Source: an uncultured Pelagibacteraceae bacterium (GTDB lineage Bacteria; Pseudomonadota; Alphaproteobacteria; Pelagibacterales; AG-422-B15). From it: a stretch of 64,000 nt of DNA. Where the stretch lies: positions 12,109-76,108 of the forward strand of contig CABZHU010000003.1 in the NCBI GenBank assembly GCA_902525575.1. Reading direction: 5' to 3'. The translations under genes and the position numbers were made by a program. This document shows positions 53,016 to 62,428 of the stretch, piece after piece. Positions within the stretch are counted from its first letter, which is position 1. Each line of letters opens with the position of its first letter. Under the pieces are notes generated by a model. That model worked only from the letters and a program-made list of their open reading frames with translations, searched no databases and was not told the DNA's origin.

Positions 53016-54457
53016 TAGGCTATTAAAGTTTTAGTTGTGGCAAATGCCTCTAAAGCTTTTTGACGGGATGAGCCAATTTCAACAATAGGCAGTGGATAAT
53101 TCTCGCCAAGCTTTACACCTGCCGATCTTAGGACATCTTCAGGGGCTTCCCAAGGGTTAAATAAGAACTTATCTGGCATATCATTCAATACAGGCAGGTA
53201 TTTTCTTGTATATTTTCCGTCAGGATCAAATTTCTGTCCCTGAGTTATTGGGTTAAAAATTCTAAAATATGGAGCGGCATCCGCGCCTGAACCAGCGATC
53301 CATTGCCATCCAGCACTATTGCTCGCTAGATCTGCGTCAATCAAGCAGTCCCAAAACCATCTTTCTCCATGATGCCAATGTAAAAGTAAATTTTTTACAA
53401 GAAATGATCCCACTACCATTCTTAGTCTATTATGCATGTAGCCTGTTTGCCATAATTCTTGCATACCTGCATCTACAATCGGATAGCCAGTTAGTCCTTT
53501 TTGCCATTTCTTTAATTTGTCTTTATCATTATCCCATGGAAAATTGTCGAATTTCTTTTGCAAGTTTTCTTTTGGAAGAAATGGAAAATGGTAGAGCAAA
53601 TTAAAAGAAAACTCACGCCAACCTAATTCACTCAAGAAGTGGTCTAGGTCTTTTTTAATGCCTAATTTTCCCTCTTTTGTCTTAGCTCGGTACCACACTT
53701 GATTTGGCGAAACTTCGCCAAAGTGTAGATGAGGTGAAAGTTGAGAAACATTATGATTGGATGGAAAATTTCTTCCTTCCTTATAATTATTCAATCCATT
53801 TGATATAAACTCTTCAATTTTATTAAGTGCTCCTTCTTCTCCAGGTGACCAAAGAGAAATCATTTTATTATACCAATTATGCTTAGGCATTAGCTCCAGG
53901 TCTTCTATTTTTAAATCATGATTATCAATTGATATTAAATTAGATAGATTAGGTGCTTGCAGTGGCATCCGGGGCTTATCAGAATTTAGACACCCTTTTC
54001 GATAGTATGGGGTGAATACTTTGTAAGGAGTGCCATCTTTTTTCGCTATATTCCATGGCTCCCATAAAAGCGATCCATTAAAGGTATTCACGTTTACGCT
54101 TTGGTCATTGAAATATTTTTTTATCTTTTTGTCTCTTTTGATTCTCCAAGGTTCATAACAGCGACTCCAAAATATATTTGAAATTTCAAATTGTTTGTTA
54201 ATTTCATCCAGAATATCTATTGGGTTGCCTCTAAAAAAACAGAGTTTATTTTTTAATGATTTATTTAACTTGATTAATGAATGATGCAGCCACCATTTAC
54301 TTGCAGCACCATTTACGTGTTCTTTTGAATTGAAATCATCTAATATAAAGATTGGTAAGGTCTTGCCGTCCTCAAGTGCTTTAGTTAAAGCAGGATTGTC
54401 GGCTAAACGCAGGTCTTGCCTAAACCACATTACATTTATATTTTTTGCTAATGCCAT
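53015..54457 (-). CDS. phrB: DNA photolyase / cryptochrome family protein
   Basis: WFRQDLRLADNPAL, SQLSPHLHFGE, WREF, TGYPIVDAGM, MHNRLRM, DAD...N..GWQW, FRIFNP. Confidence 0.92.
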   Translation of the reverse strand: MALAKNINVMWFRQDLRLADNPALTKALEDGKTLPIFILDDFNSKEHVNGAASKWWLHHSLIKLNKSLKNKLCFFRGNPIDILDEINKQFEISNIFWSRCYEPWRIKRDKKIKKYFNDQSVNVNTFNGSLLWEPWNIAKKDGTPYKVFTPYYRKGCLNSDKPRMPLQAPNLSNLISIDNHDLKIEDLELMPKHNWYNKMISLWSPGEEGALNKIEEFISNGLNNYKEGRNFPSNHNVSQLSPHLHFGEVSPNQVWYRAKTKEGKLGIKKDLDHFLSELGWREFSFNLLYHFPFLPKENLQKKFDNFPWDNDKDKLKKWQKGLTGYPIVDAGMQELWQTGYMHNRLRMVVGSFLVKNLLLHWHHGERWFWDCLIDADLASNSAGWQWIAGSGADAAPYFRIFNPITQGQKFDPDGKYTRKYLPVLNDMPDKFLFNPWEAPEDVLRSAGVKLGENYPLPIVEIGSSRQKALEAFATTKTLIA

Positions 54458-54517
54458 AACTTATATATAGCCTAATTATAACTAGTTTCCATGGATTTGA
54501 ACTGAAAGTCTGCAGTA

Positions 54518-55033
54518 TTAGAAAGAATATTCAAAATTCTGAGTTGTGGGATTATGTCCTAGGAGTTTTGCTCCGTTTCTAATGTGATAATGAGTAGCCA
54601 TTGGTGTCAAAGGAGAGAGTGTTACAATCCTTTTGTACCCCATCTCTTTACCAAATTTTAAAGCCTCTTCCATAATTTTTTTTCCCGCACCCTTTTTTCT
54701 CGACCATACAGTATAAGCAATTATTGTATCAGCATTTTGCTCGTAAACGGCCAGTCGGCTCATTAAGTCCAATTCTTTTATTGAATGAGGAACATCCTTT
54801 GTGAAAGCTAAACACATAATTCCTTCAATTTCATTATTGTATTCTAAACCATATATTTTTCTGTCATGAGTGGTTCTCCATTCAAGATCAAGCTCTGGTC
54901 TTACAGGGTCTTCAGAAACATCAATATTATCTAACTCAATAAATTTAGCTGTTTTAATCCAGGTGTAGTCAGTGAAATTAAATTTAAATATTGCTTTAAA
55001 AAAATTAAAAATTTTATAAAAAAAGTGTTTCAT
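54518..55033 (-). CDS. Hypothetical GNAT-fold-like protein
   Basis: VWSRKKGAGKKIM resembles an acetyl-CoA-binding motif A; RIVTLSP...HIRNGA; EDPVRP motif. Confidence 0.6.
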   Translation of the reverse strand: MKHFFYKIFNFFKAIFKFNFTDYTWIKTAKFIELDNIDVSEDPVRPELDLEWRTTHDRKIYGLEYNNEIEGIMCLAFTKDVPHSIKELDLMSRLAVYEQNADTIIAYTVWSRKKGAGKKIMEEALKFGKEMGYKRIVTLSPLTPMATHYHIRNGAKLLGHNPTTQNFEYSF

Positions 55034-55093
55034 AGCTTTATTATAGTAACATAAATCTATTTTTTAGATTAGATTTTAGTTAAATAATTACTT

Positions 55094-55310
55094 TATTCCC
55101 ACTTAGTATCACCAGTTTTTAAAAAGCGATGTATCTTTATTATAAGTTTGTTCAACTAAATATTCTCCTATTTCTCCAACAATATTATTAGTTCTTATTA
55201 TTTTTATTTTTTTTAACTCGTCTAATAGTGAGGGATATAAATTTATAAGCTCGTCGGTTGTTAATTTAGATAAATCCATAAAACTTCCTATTCCCACTCA
55301 ATTGTACCAG
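55094..55310 (-). mobile_element. Collapsed guaA-associated island scar with degenerate att direct repeats
   Basis: guaA end CTGGTACAATTGAGTGGGAATA (55310-55289) recurs as CTGGTGATACTAAGTGGGAATA (55115-55094), same spacing, 195 bp downstream. Confidence 0.65.
55109..55279 (-). pseudogene. Truncated gene, N-terminus of a putative PD-(D/E)XK nuclease-like protein
   Basis: MDLSKL...LDELKKIKIIRTNNIVGEIGEYLV...; its stop lies inside the second repeat. Family assignment is from recollection only. Confidence 0.5.
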
Positions 55311-56826
55311 GAGGCTTAGAAGTTGTATCGTAAACTACGCGATTAATTCCTTTTACTTCATTTATAATTCGAGTTGATACTTTGCTTAAAAATTCACCAC
55401 TTAAAGGATAGAAATCAGCAGTCATGCCATCTACAGAAGTTACAGCTCTCAAGCCACAAACAAACTCATATGACCTTTGATCACCCATTACGCCAACAGT
55501 TCGGACAGGTAATAAAACTGCAAAAGCTTGCCATATTTCATTGTATAAATTGGCTGCTTTAATCTCATCAATGTAAATTTGATCTGCATGTTGTAACATA
55601 CGCACTTTATCTATTGTAATGTCACTTAATACTCGAATTCCTAATCCAGGACCTGGAAATGGGTGTCTTTGAATAAATTCTTTAGGTAATTTTAGCTCTT
55701 TACCGAGTCTACGAACTTCATCCTTAAATAATTCTTGCAAAGGTTCGACAAGTCCCAGTTTCATTTCTTTAGGCAGGCCTCCAACATTGTGATGTGACTT
55801 GATTACTGAAGTTGGTCCCCCATGAAAACTTTGACTCTCTATTATATCTGGGTAGATCGTGCCTTGAGCTAAAAATTTTGCTTTAGAGATCTTGCTAGAC
55901 TCAGCGTTAAATATTTTAATAAACAAATTGCCAATAATTTTACGTTTTTTTTCTGGATCAGATACTCCTTTAAGGGAAGTGAAGAATCTATTCTTGGCAT
56001 TAACTGTAATAAGCTTTGATTTAAAATGCTTTTTGAACAAATTTTGGACTTCCTCAGTTTCATTCAACCTCATTAAGCCAGTATCGACATAGATACATGT
56101 TAATTGTTTATTAATTGCTTTTGAAATTATTGCTGCAGTCACCATACTGTCAACTCCTCCAGATAAACCACAAATGACATGGTTTTTTTCAACCTTAATC
56201 TTTATTTTGGCAACTTGAGTTTTAAGATAGTTTTGCATACTCCATGTAGGTTTAGTTTTGCATATATTGATTATGAAGTTCTTGATTATCTTTTCACCTT
56301 GATGTGTGTGAACAACTTCAGGATGAAATTGAAGACCATAAATATTTAGTTTTTTATTTTCTATGCCCACAAATTTAGAGTTTTTACTTTTCGCTATGGT
56401 TGTAAAATCATTAGGCAATTTAATCGCCTTATCACCATGACTCATCCATACATAATGTTGCTTATTTCTTAACTTAATATTTTGAAAAAGCTTACTTTTG
56501 TGAGTGTGCGTAATTAATGTTTTGCCAAATTCGCGTTCCTTTGATATTTCAACCCTACCTCCAAGTTGATGAACTATAAGTTGCATTCCGTAACAAATTC
56601 CTAGAATTGGAATATTTAGCGAAAAGATTTTCTTATCAATTTTTGGTGTACGCGACTTATGAACACTTGCAGGTCCTCCTGAAAATATAATTCCAGTTGG
56701 CTTCGTATTCTTAATTTTATGCAAAAGGTTCTTATTGCTTACAATTTCGCAGTAAACCCTTGCTTCTCGAACCCTTCTTGCGATTAATTGAGTTACCTGA
56801 GAGCCGAAGTCTACAATATAAATCAT
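55288..56826 (-). CDS. guaA: GMP synthase (glutamine-hydrolysing)
   Basis: DFGSQ, GICYGMQ, QFHPEV, SGGVDS, KSHHNVGGLP, KPPGTIEWE. Confidence 0.97.
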   Translation of the reverse strand: MIYIVDFGSQVTQLIARRVREARVYCEIVSNKNLLHKIKNTKPTGIIFSGGPASVHKSRTPKIDKKIFSLNIPILGICYGMQLIVHQLGGRVEISKEREFGKTLITHTHKSKLFQNIKLRNKQHYVWMSHGDKAIKLPNDFTTIAKSKNSKFVGIENKKLNIYGLQFHPEVVHTHQGEKIIKNFIINICKTKPTWSMQNYLKTQVAKIKIKVEKNHVICGLSGGVDSMVTAAIISKAINKQLTCIYVDTGLMRLNETEEVQNLFKKHFKSKLITVNAKNRFFTSLKGVSDPEKKRKIIGNLFIKIFNAESSKISKAKFLAQGTIYPDIIESQSFHGGPTSVIKSHHNVGGLPKEMKLGLVEPLQELFKDEVRRLGKELKLPKEFIQRHPFPGPGLGIRVLSDITIDKVRMLQHADQIYIDEIKAANLYNEIWQAFAVLLPVRTVGVMGDQRSYEFVCGLRAVTSVDGMTADFYPLSGEFLSKVSTRIINEVKGINRVVYDTTSKPPGTIEWE

Positions 56827-56827
56827 A

Positions 56828-57226
56828 CTACTCAGCCAGTAATTTTAGATTATTAATTTCTTCACAGTCATTTTCACAAAGGATTTCTAAATTAGAAATA
56901 TATTCAGCATAATCTTCTATGTTACCCAAGTTATATGCAGTCTTTCCTAAAAGAAAATTAAGCTCTAAATTGTGAGGCGCTAATGTAAACGCAATATTAT
57001 AATATTTATTAGCAGTGGTTAAATCATCAATTTTTTCGTAAGATTTACCTAATAAAACAAACGACTCTGATGATTTGGTGTTAAAAACAATTTCCTTTTC
57101 TAAATATTTAATGGCTGTTTCATATTTAGTTTCGTTGAAATTCTCTAGAGCATTATCATAAAAATTTGACGCTGACCAAGAATGCGATGAGTGTAAAAAA
57201 AGAGTTAAAAATATAAAATATTTCAT
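56828..57226 (-). CDS. Small exported TPR protein
   Basis: Signal peptide, TPR-like helices, C-terminal LC-x3-CEE; between guaB and guaA. Confidence 0.75.
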   Translation of the reverse strand: MKYFIFLTLFLHSSHSWSASNFYDNALENFNETKYETAIKYLEKEIVFNTKSSESFVLLGKSYEKIDDLTTANKYYNIAFTLAPHNLELNFLLGKTAYNLGNIEDYAEYISNLEILCENDCEEINNLKLLAE

Positions 57227-57230
57227 CAAC

Positions 57231-58697
57231 TTAAATGTTGGTTGGATAATTTGGTGACTCACGAGTAATATCAACATCATGCACATGACTCTCTTTTAAT
57301 CCTGCTCCTGTGATTTCAATAAACTGAACATTCTTTTTAAATTGCATTATATCTTTTGAGCCTGTGTAGCCCATTGATGCTTTCAGGCCGCCAACGAGCT
57401 GGTATATTATTGGTGCTATTGGACCTTTGTAAGGCACTCTTCCCTCAATTCCTTCAGGTACATGTTTATTGCTTTCTGTAATTTCCTCTTGAAAATATCT
57501 ATCTGCAGACCCTCGCGCCATTGCGCCCAAGGAACCCATTCCACGATATGATTTATAACTTCTACCTTTAAATAAGTAGACTTCACCTGGTGACTCGTCA
57601 GTTCCTGCAAATAATGATCCTATCATAACTGCGTTAGCTCCTGCGCCGAGCGCTTTTGCAATATCACCAGAATATTTTATGCCTCCATCAGCAATAACTG
57701 GAATATTTTTTTTATTCGCAATTTCAGCACAATCCAAAATTGCTGAGAATTGAGGGACCCCTATTCCTGCAACCACTCTAGTAGTACAAATTGACCCTGG
57801 ACCTATACCAACTTTTATACAATCTGCGCCTTTATCAATTAATTCTTCTGTAGCTTCTTTTGTAGCTACATTGCCAACAACTATATCAATGGAAAAATGA
57901 GATTTAATTTCCTCAAGAGTAGAAATGACTTTTTCTGAGTGGCCATGGGCAGTATCTATTACTAAAACATCTACACCAGCATCAACTAAGTGTTCAGCCC
58001 TATTAATTGCTTCAGTTCCAACACCTATTGCAGCACCTACAATAAGTCTTCCTTTAGCATCCTTCGATGCATGAGGGTTTAATTGACTTTTTTCAATATC
58101 CTTAACTGTAATTAAACCAATGCACTTTCTACTATCGTCAACAACGATTAATTTTTCAATTCTATGGGCATGTAGGAGTTTTTGGGCATCATCACTAGAG
58201 ATTCCTTCTTTTACAGTAATCAAATTTTCACTTGTCATTAACTCACTAATCTTTTGAGACATATTAGTTGCGAAACGAACATCCCTATTCGTTAAAATAC
58301 CAAGCAATTTATCTTTACTATCGACTACAGGGACACCAGAAATCTGATGCTCTTTCATTAGATCTAAAGCATCTGATAGAGTGGCTTCAGGTGCTATGGT
58401 TACAGGATCAATTACCATGCCAGTTTCAAACTTTTTTACTTTTGCAACATTTTGCGCTTGCTTGTCTATAGGCATATTTTTATGGAGTATCCCTAGCCCG
58501 CCAGATTGAGCAATAGCGATAGCTAACTTATATTCTGTGACAGTGTCCATTGCCGAAGAGATTAATGGTATACCAAGTTTAATATTTGAAGTTATAGATG
58601 TATGTGATTGGACCTCAGTTGGCAGAATAGACGATCGCGCAGGCTTTATTAAAACATCATCAAAAGAAAGGGATTTCTGAATAGTGGAGCGCTCCAT
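57231..58697 (-). CDS. guaB: IMP dehydrogenase
   Basis: [12 protein letters not shown] pair, [24 protein letters not shown]. Confidence 0.97.
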   Translation of the reverse strand: MERSTIQKSLSFDDVLIKPARSSILPTEVQSHTSITSNIKLGIPLISSAMDTVTEYKLAIAIAQSGGLGILHKNMPIDKQAQNVAKVKKFETGMVIDPVTIAPEATLSDALDLMKEHQISGVPVVDSKDKLLGILTNRDVRFATNMSQKISELMTSENLITVKEGISSDDAQKLLHAHRIEKLIVVDDSRKCIGLITVKDIEKSQLNPHASKDAKGRLIVGAAIGVGTEAINRAEHLVDAGVDVLVIDTAHGHSEKVISTLEEIKSHFSIDIVVGNVATKEATEELIDKGADCIKVGIGPGSICTTRVVAGIGVPQFSAILDCAEIANKKNIPVIADGGIKYSGDIAKALGAGANAVMIGSLFAGTDESPGEVYLFKGRSYKSYRGMGSLGAMARGSADRYFQEEITESNKHVPEGIEGRVPYKGPIAPIIYQLVGGLKASMGYTGSKDIMQFKKNVQFIEITGAGLKESHVHDVDITRESPNYPTNI

Positions 58698-58740
58698 CTC
58701 TGATGTTTAAATTATTTAACAAATTATGTCAATCAAGGTG

Positions 58741-59364
58741 TTATTTTTTTCTAAGGCAAACTAAATAGATTTCACTTGAATTTTTCCTACTTGATTTTGG
58801 CTTAAATGAAGTAACTTTATGAAAATTCCTTTTACATATAGTAAGTACATCTGAAATATCACCTGTTCTGAAATACTTAGCCACAAAATGACCATTAGTA
58901 TTAAGATTCTGAAGTGAATAACTTAAGGCATTTTCAACCAAATCCTTTGAAAGAAGGAAATCAGACACTTTATTCCCTGATAAATTTGGCGAGATATCTG
59001 AAAGCACTAGATCAAATTCACCTATAGTTTTAGAGATATTTTTGAATTCGGGAGATAAAAAGTCCGATCTATAAAAAGTAACACCTTTAATTTCTTCCAT
59101 TTCTAGGATATCGACAGAAATTATTGAATTTAGACTTTTCCCATGATTTTTTAATACTTGGCACCAACTTCCAGGGGCTGAACCAAGATCGATTACATTT
59201 TCAGCCTCATCTAATATTTTATATTTATCAATAATTTCGATTAACTTGTAAGCAGCCCTTGATCTGTAATTATCACTAATAGACTTTTGCACAAATTCAT
59301 CGTCTACATGCCTCTTAAGCCATTTCTTACTTTTATCTTTAAATGATTTATTTTTAATTTTCAT
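58741..59364 (-). CDS. rlmE: 23S rRNA 2'-O-methyltransferase RlmE
   Basis: YRSRAAYKL, DLGSAPGSW, LSDISPN, KPKSSRKNSSEIY. Confidence 0.93.
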   Translation of the reverse strand: MKIKNKSFKDKSKKWLKRHVDDEFVQKSISDNYRSRAAYKLIEIIDKYKILDEAENVIDLGSAPGSWCQVLKNHGKSLNSIISVDILEMEEIKGVTFYRSDFLSPEFKNISKTIGEFDLVLSDISPNLSGNKVSDFLLSKDLVENALSYSLQNLNTNGHFVAKYFRTGDISDVLTICKRNFHKVTSFKPKSSRKNSSEIYLVCLRKK

Positions 59365-59428
59365 AATAATGTTTTTTTTCAATTATTTAATAAAATATGT
59401 ATTTTACTTGAAAAATAGGCAAATACTA

Positions 59429-59477
59429 CTATATCACATTGATATAGGTATTGATTATATATATCAGCCTGATATAG
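59429..59477 (+). promoter_or_regulatory. Two TATATCA-N3-TGATATA palindromic operators upstream of tolC
   Basis: CTATATCA-CAT-TGATATAG (59429-59447) and TATATCA-GCC-TGATATA (59460-59476), 30 bp apart. Confidence 0.75.
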
Positions 59478-59493
59478 ATACGTTTTTTTAAGG

Positions 59494-60789
59494 ATGTTTA
59501 TGAAATATTTTAAATATTTAGCGACAGTGGCAGCTTTATTTTTAAGCAATAATGCCGGTGCGTTAAGTCTTAATGATGCAATTAGTGAGTCTTTAGCGAA
59601 TAACCTGCTCCTTAAAATGGAGGCTAATAGTGTGGATATTGCTAAAGAAGATTATTTTCAATCTAAATCAAATTACTTTCCATCAATTAGTCTTAATGCC
59701 AATATATCTGAAAATGAATACTCAAGCATCAAAACGCAATCTGGAATTAGTACTAATGAATATGAGTTGACCTCAAGTAGTAAGTCAGTTATTTTATCTC
59801 AAAACCTTTTTAGTGGTTTCAATCGATTTTACAATTCACTTTCAACGAAAGAAACTCTAAATTTAAAAAGACTTAATCAGCAAAAAGTTACTCAGGATAT
59901 AATTTTAGAAACAATTGAAGCTTACTATAATGTCCTTGTTGCTGAAAAGTCGCTTCGATCATACAAGGATAACCTTGAATCTGTTTCAGAGAGATCAAAT
60001 GCTACAATAAAAGAATATGAGGTTGGCCTTGCGTCAATAACTGATGTAGCTCAGGCTGAAGCTTACTTAAATACTGCAAAGATTGATTTATTAGATTCTG
60101 AAATATTTCTAAAAAATTTAAAAAATTCATTCCTTGATTTAGTAGGTGTTGATGCAAGAAATTTAATTTTTTCAGAAATTAATGTAGATATCCCAAATTC
60201 ATTTGAAGAGTTTAAAGAAATTTTAATTTTGAATAATTACTCAATTAAAATGGCAGAAGTAAATATGAAAATAATGAGTGCTAATGTGGGAGTTGCCCGT
60301 TCAGCATATTATCCTCAACTTAATCTTACTGCTACTAAATCTGAGTTAGACGAATTTTCGTCAGAGATAGATGAATTGACCAATGAAGAAGTCCAAGCTA
60401 CACTAGATTGGCCTATTTTTACTGCCGGGAAATCGCTATCTAGTGTTCGTAAGGCAAAAGAACTTAAAAATTCACAATTAATTCTTTTGCAAAAAACACA
60501 AAATGAAACAGTAATCCTCTCTGAAAATATTTGGGATAAATATAAAATTTCGGAGAAAACCATTGAAGCTGCAGAGCTGAATTACAATGCTAATAAAACT
60601 GCATACGAAGGTACCGTGATTGAGCAAGAGGTTGGTGAAAGAAGTATACTTGATGTTTTAATTGCAAGACAAGCGTTACTCAACTCAGAAATCAATTATT
60701 TCAATAAACAAAAAGATAGAGAAATAGTCAAAACTCAAATTATGTATCTAGCTGGGATGCTTAATTTAGAAAATTTAGAGGTAAATTAA
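59494..60789 (+). CDS. TolC-family outer membrane efflux protein
   Basis: Signal peptide, two OEP repeats (YFPSISL / YYPQLNL, YEVGLAS / EVGERSILDVL). Confidence 0.9.
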   Translation: MFMKYFKYLATVAALFLSNNAGALSLNDAISESLANNLLLKMEANSVDIAKEDYFQSKSNYFPSISLNANISENEYSSIKTQSGISTNEYELTSSSKSVILSQNLFSGFNRFYNSLSTKETLNLKRLNQQKVTQDIILETIEAYYNVLVAEKSLRSYKDNLESVSERSNATIKEYEVGLASITDVAQAEAYLNTAKIDLLDSEIFLKNLKNSFLDLVGVDARNLIFSEINVDIPNSFEEFKEILILNNYSIKMAEVNMKIMSANVGVARSAYYPQLNLTATKSELDEFSSEIDELTNEEVQATLDWPIFTAGKSLSSVRKAKELKNSQLILLQKTQNETVILSENIWDKYKISEKTIEAAELNYNANKTAYEGTVIEQEVGERSILDVLIARQALLNSEINYFNKQKDREIVKTQIMYLAGMLNLENLEVN

Positions 60790-60790
60790 A

Positions 60791-61342
60791 GTGAAAAAAG
60801 AAACTCTTTGTTTAGGCCTCTTGTCATTAGGGCCAAGATCTGGGTATGAAATAAAACAAATGTTTGAAGGTCCATTGTCAGATTTCTACAGTTTAAGTTT
60901 TGGAACAATTTATCCCACATTAAATAATCTACAATCAAATAAATATGTTTCTTGCAAACAGCACACACAAAGTAAAAAACCAGACAAAAAAGTTTATACA
61001 ATTACAAATAAAGGATTAGATCTAATGAAGTCTAATTTATTAAGTGATGCAGCAGAATATATAAGATCTGGGAATTTTGGCGATCAGATAAAATCTGAGT
61101 TTTTTTTATTGGTATTATTTTCTAAATATCTCCCAAACGAAATGTTAGACACTGTAATGAATGAGAGAGTTTTATATTTAAAACAGAAGCTTGAACAATT
61201 TAAATACGACGGTCCTATTCCCTCTGAACTTGCTGCTTTAAGAAAAGAAAAGTCAATTAAATTTATTAGAGGTTTAGCATCAACACTTTTTGAAACAGGA
61301 ATTAGGTACGTTGAGAAGAATAGATATCTATTAAAGGAATGA
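60791..61342 (+). CDS. PadR-family transcriptional regulator
   Basis: GTG start; SGYEIK, GTIYPTL, KKVYTIT-x-KG winged helix. Confidence 0.9.
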   Translation: MKKETLCLGLLSLGPRSGYEIKQMFEGPLSDFYSLSFGTIYPTLNNLQSNKYVSCKQHTQSKKPDKKVYTITNKGLDLMKSNLLSDAAEYIRSGNFGDQIKSEFFLLVLFSKYLPNEMLDTVMNERVLYLKQKLEQFKYDGPIPSELAALRKEKSIKFIRGLASTLFETGIRYVEKNRYLLKE

Positions 61343-61369
61343 TTTATTAAACAATATTGAGGTTTAAAT

Positions 61370-62428
61370 ATGAGATTTTTATTAAGTAATTATATGATAG
61401 CTTTCTACATCCTTGCGGCTGTGCTCTTATGGATTCTATCAGGAGTTCTAAGTGGAGATAACAGCAATGAAGTTGTTGAAAATATTGAGAAATCGATCGA
61501 AATAGACGAATCTGTATCTGTGAGAGTAATGGAGACTAGTTCTGAGAAAAAAGTTTTTTATTTAACGATTAGAGGCAAAACCGAAGCAAATAAAAAAATT
61601 AAACTTAATCCAAAAACTTCTTCAAATGTTATTTTTACATCGAAAAAAGGAGACTATGTCAAAAGAAATGATTTAGTTTGTAGTTTGGAAGAGGAAAACA
61701 GAACTGCAATCTTAGACGAAGCACTCGCTCTACAAAAACAAGCTAGCCTTCAGTATGACGCAATAAATAAGCTTAAGATTGATGGATATCGTTCAGAAAA
61801 TGATCTAGCAATGGCTGAGGCAAGGCTTAAAGGCGCTAATGCTAAAGTTGAGATGACACAAAATGAATTAAATAATACAAAAATATTAGCTCCGTTTGAC
61901 GGATACATTGAAGAGGTACATGTTGAGATGGGTTCATTAATTGGTCCAAGCTTGCCGTGTGTGACAATTATTCAATTAGATCCAATGAAGGTTGTGGGAG
62001 AGGTAACCGAAAAAGAAGTAAGTAAAGTTAAAAATAAATCAAAAGTAGAAATTGAGCTTCTTAATAACATAAATTTAAAGGGCCAAATTAATTTTGTCAG
62101 TAAGAGTGCTTCACCTCTAACAAGAACTTATACAGTTGAAGCTGAGATATCTAATGTAGATGGTGAGATTAGAGAGGGATTAACAGCAGAAATAAAAGTA
62201 CCAGTGCGCGAAACAACAGCACATTTAATACCTTCTTATTTATTATCTTTGGATGATAATGGAGAGTTGGGTGTTAAAATCGCAATTGATAACAGAGCAA
62301 CATTTAAAAAAATATCAATTATAGAAGACACTCCAGACGGTCTTTGGGTAGAGGGATTACCTAAAACATCAAAGATTATTACAGTCGGCCAAGAATATGT
62401 GATTGAAGGACAGGAAATTAATTATTAA
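61370..62428 (+). CDS. RND efflux periplasmic adaptor (MFP)
   Basis: N-terminal TM, lipoyl halves, ILAPFDG, TRTY, ITVGQEYV. Confidence 0.92.
   Translation: MRFLLSNYMIAFYILAAVLLWILSGVLSGDNSNEVVENIEKSIEIDESVSVRVMETSSEKKVFYLTIRGKTEANKKIKLNPKTSSNVIFTSKKGDYVKRNDLVCSLEEENRTAILDEALALQKQASLQYDAINKLKIDGYRSENDLAMAEARLKGANAKVEMTQNELNNTKILAPFDGYIEEVHVEMGSLIGPSLPCVTIIQLDPMKVVGEVTEKEVSKVKNKSKVEIELLNNINLKGQINFVSKSASPLTRTYTVEAEISNVDGEIREGLTAEIKVPVRETTAHLIPSYLLSLDDNGELGVKIAIDNRATFKKISIIEDTPDGLWVEGLPKTSKIITVGQEYVIEGQEINY

Noticed and set aside
52497-55093. Whole photolyase/GNAT patch as an intact mobile element
   Set aside because: No integrase or transposase, and the patch lies outside the guaA repeat pair; no further att copy found near panB.
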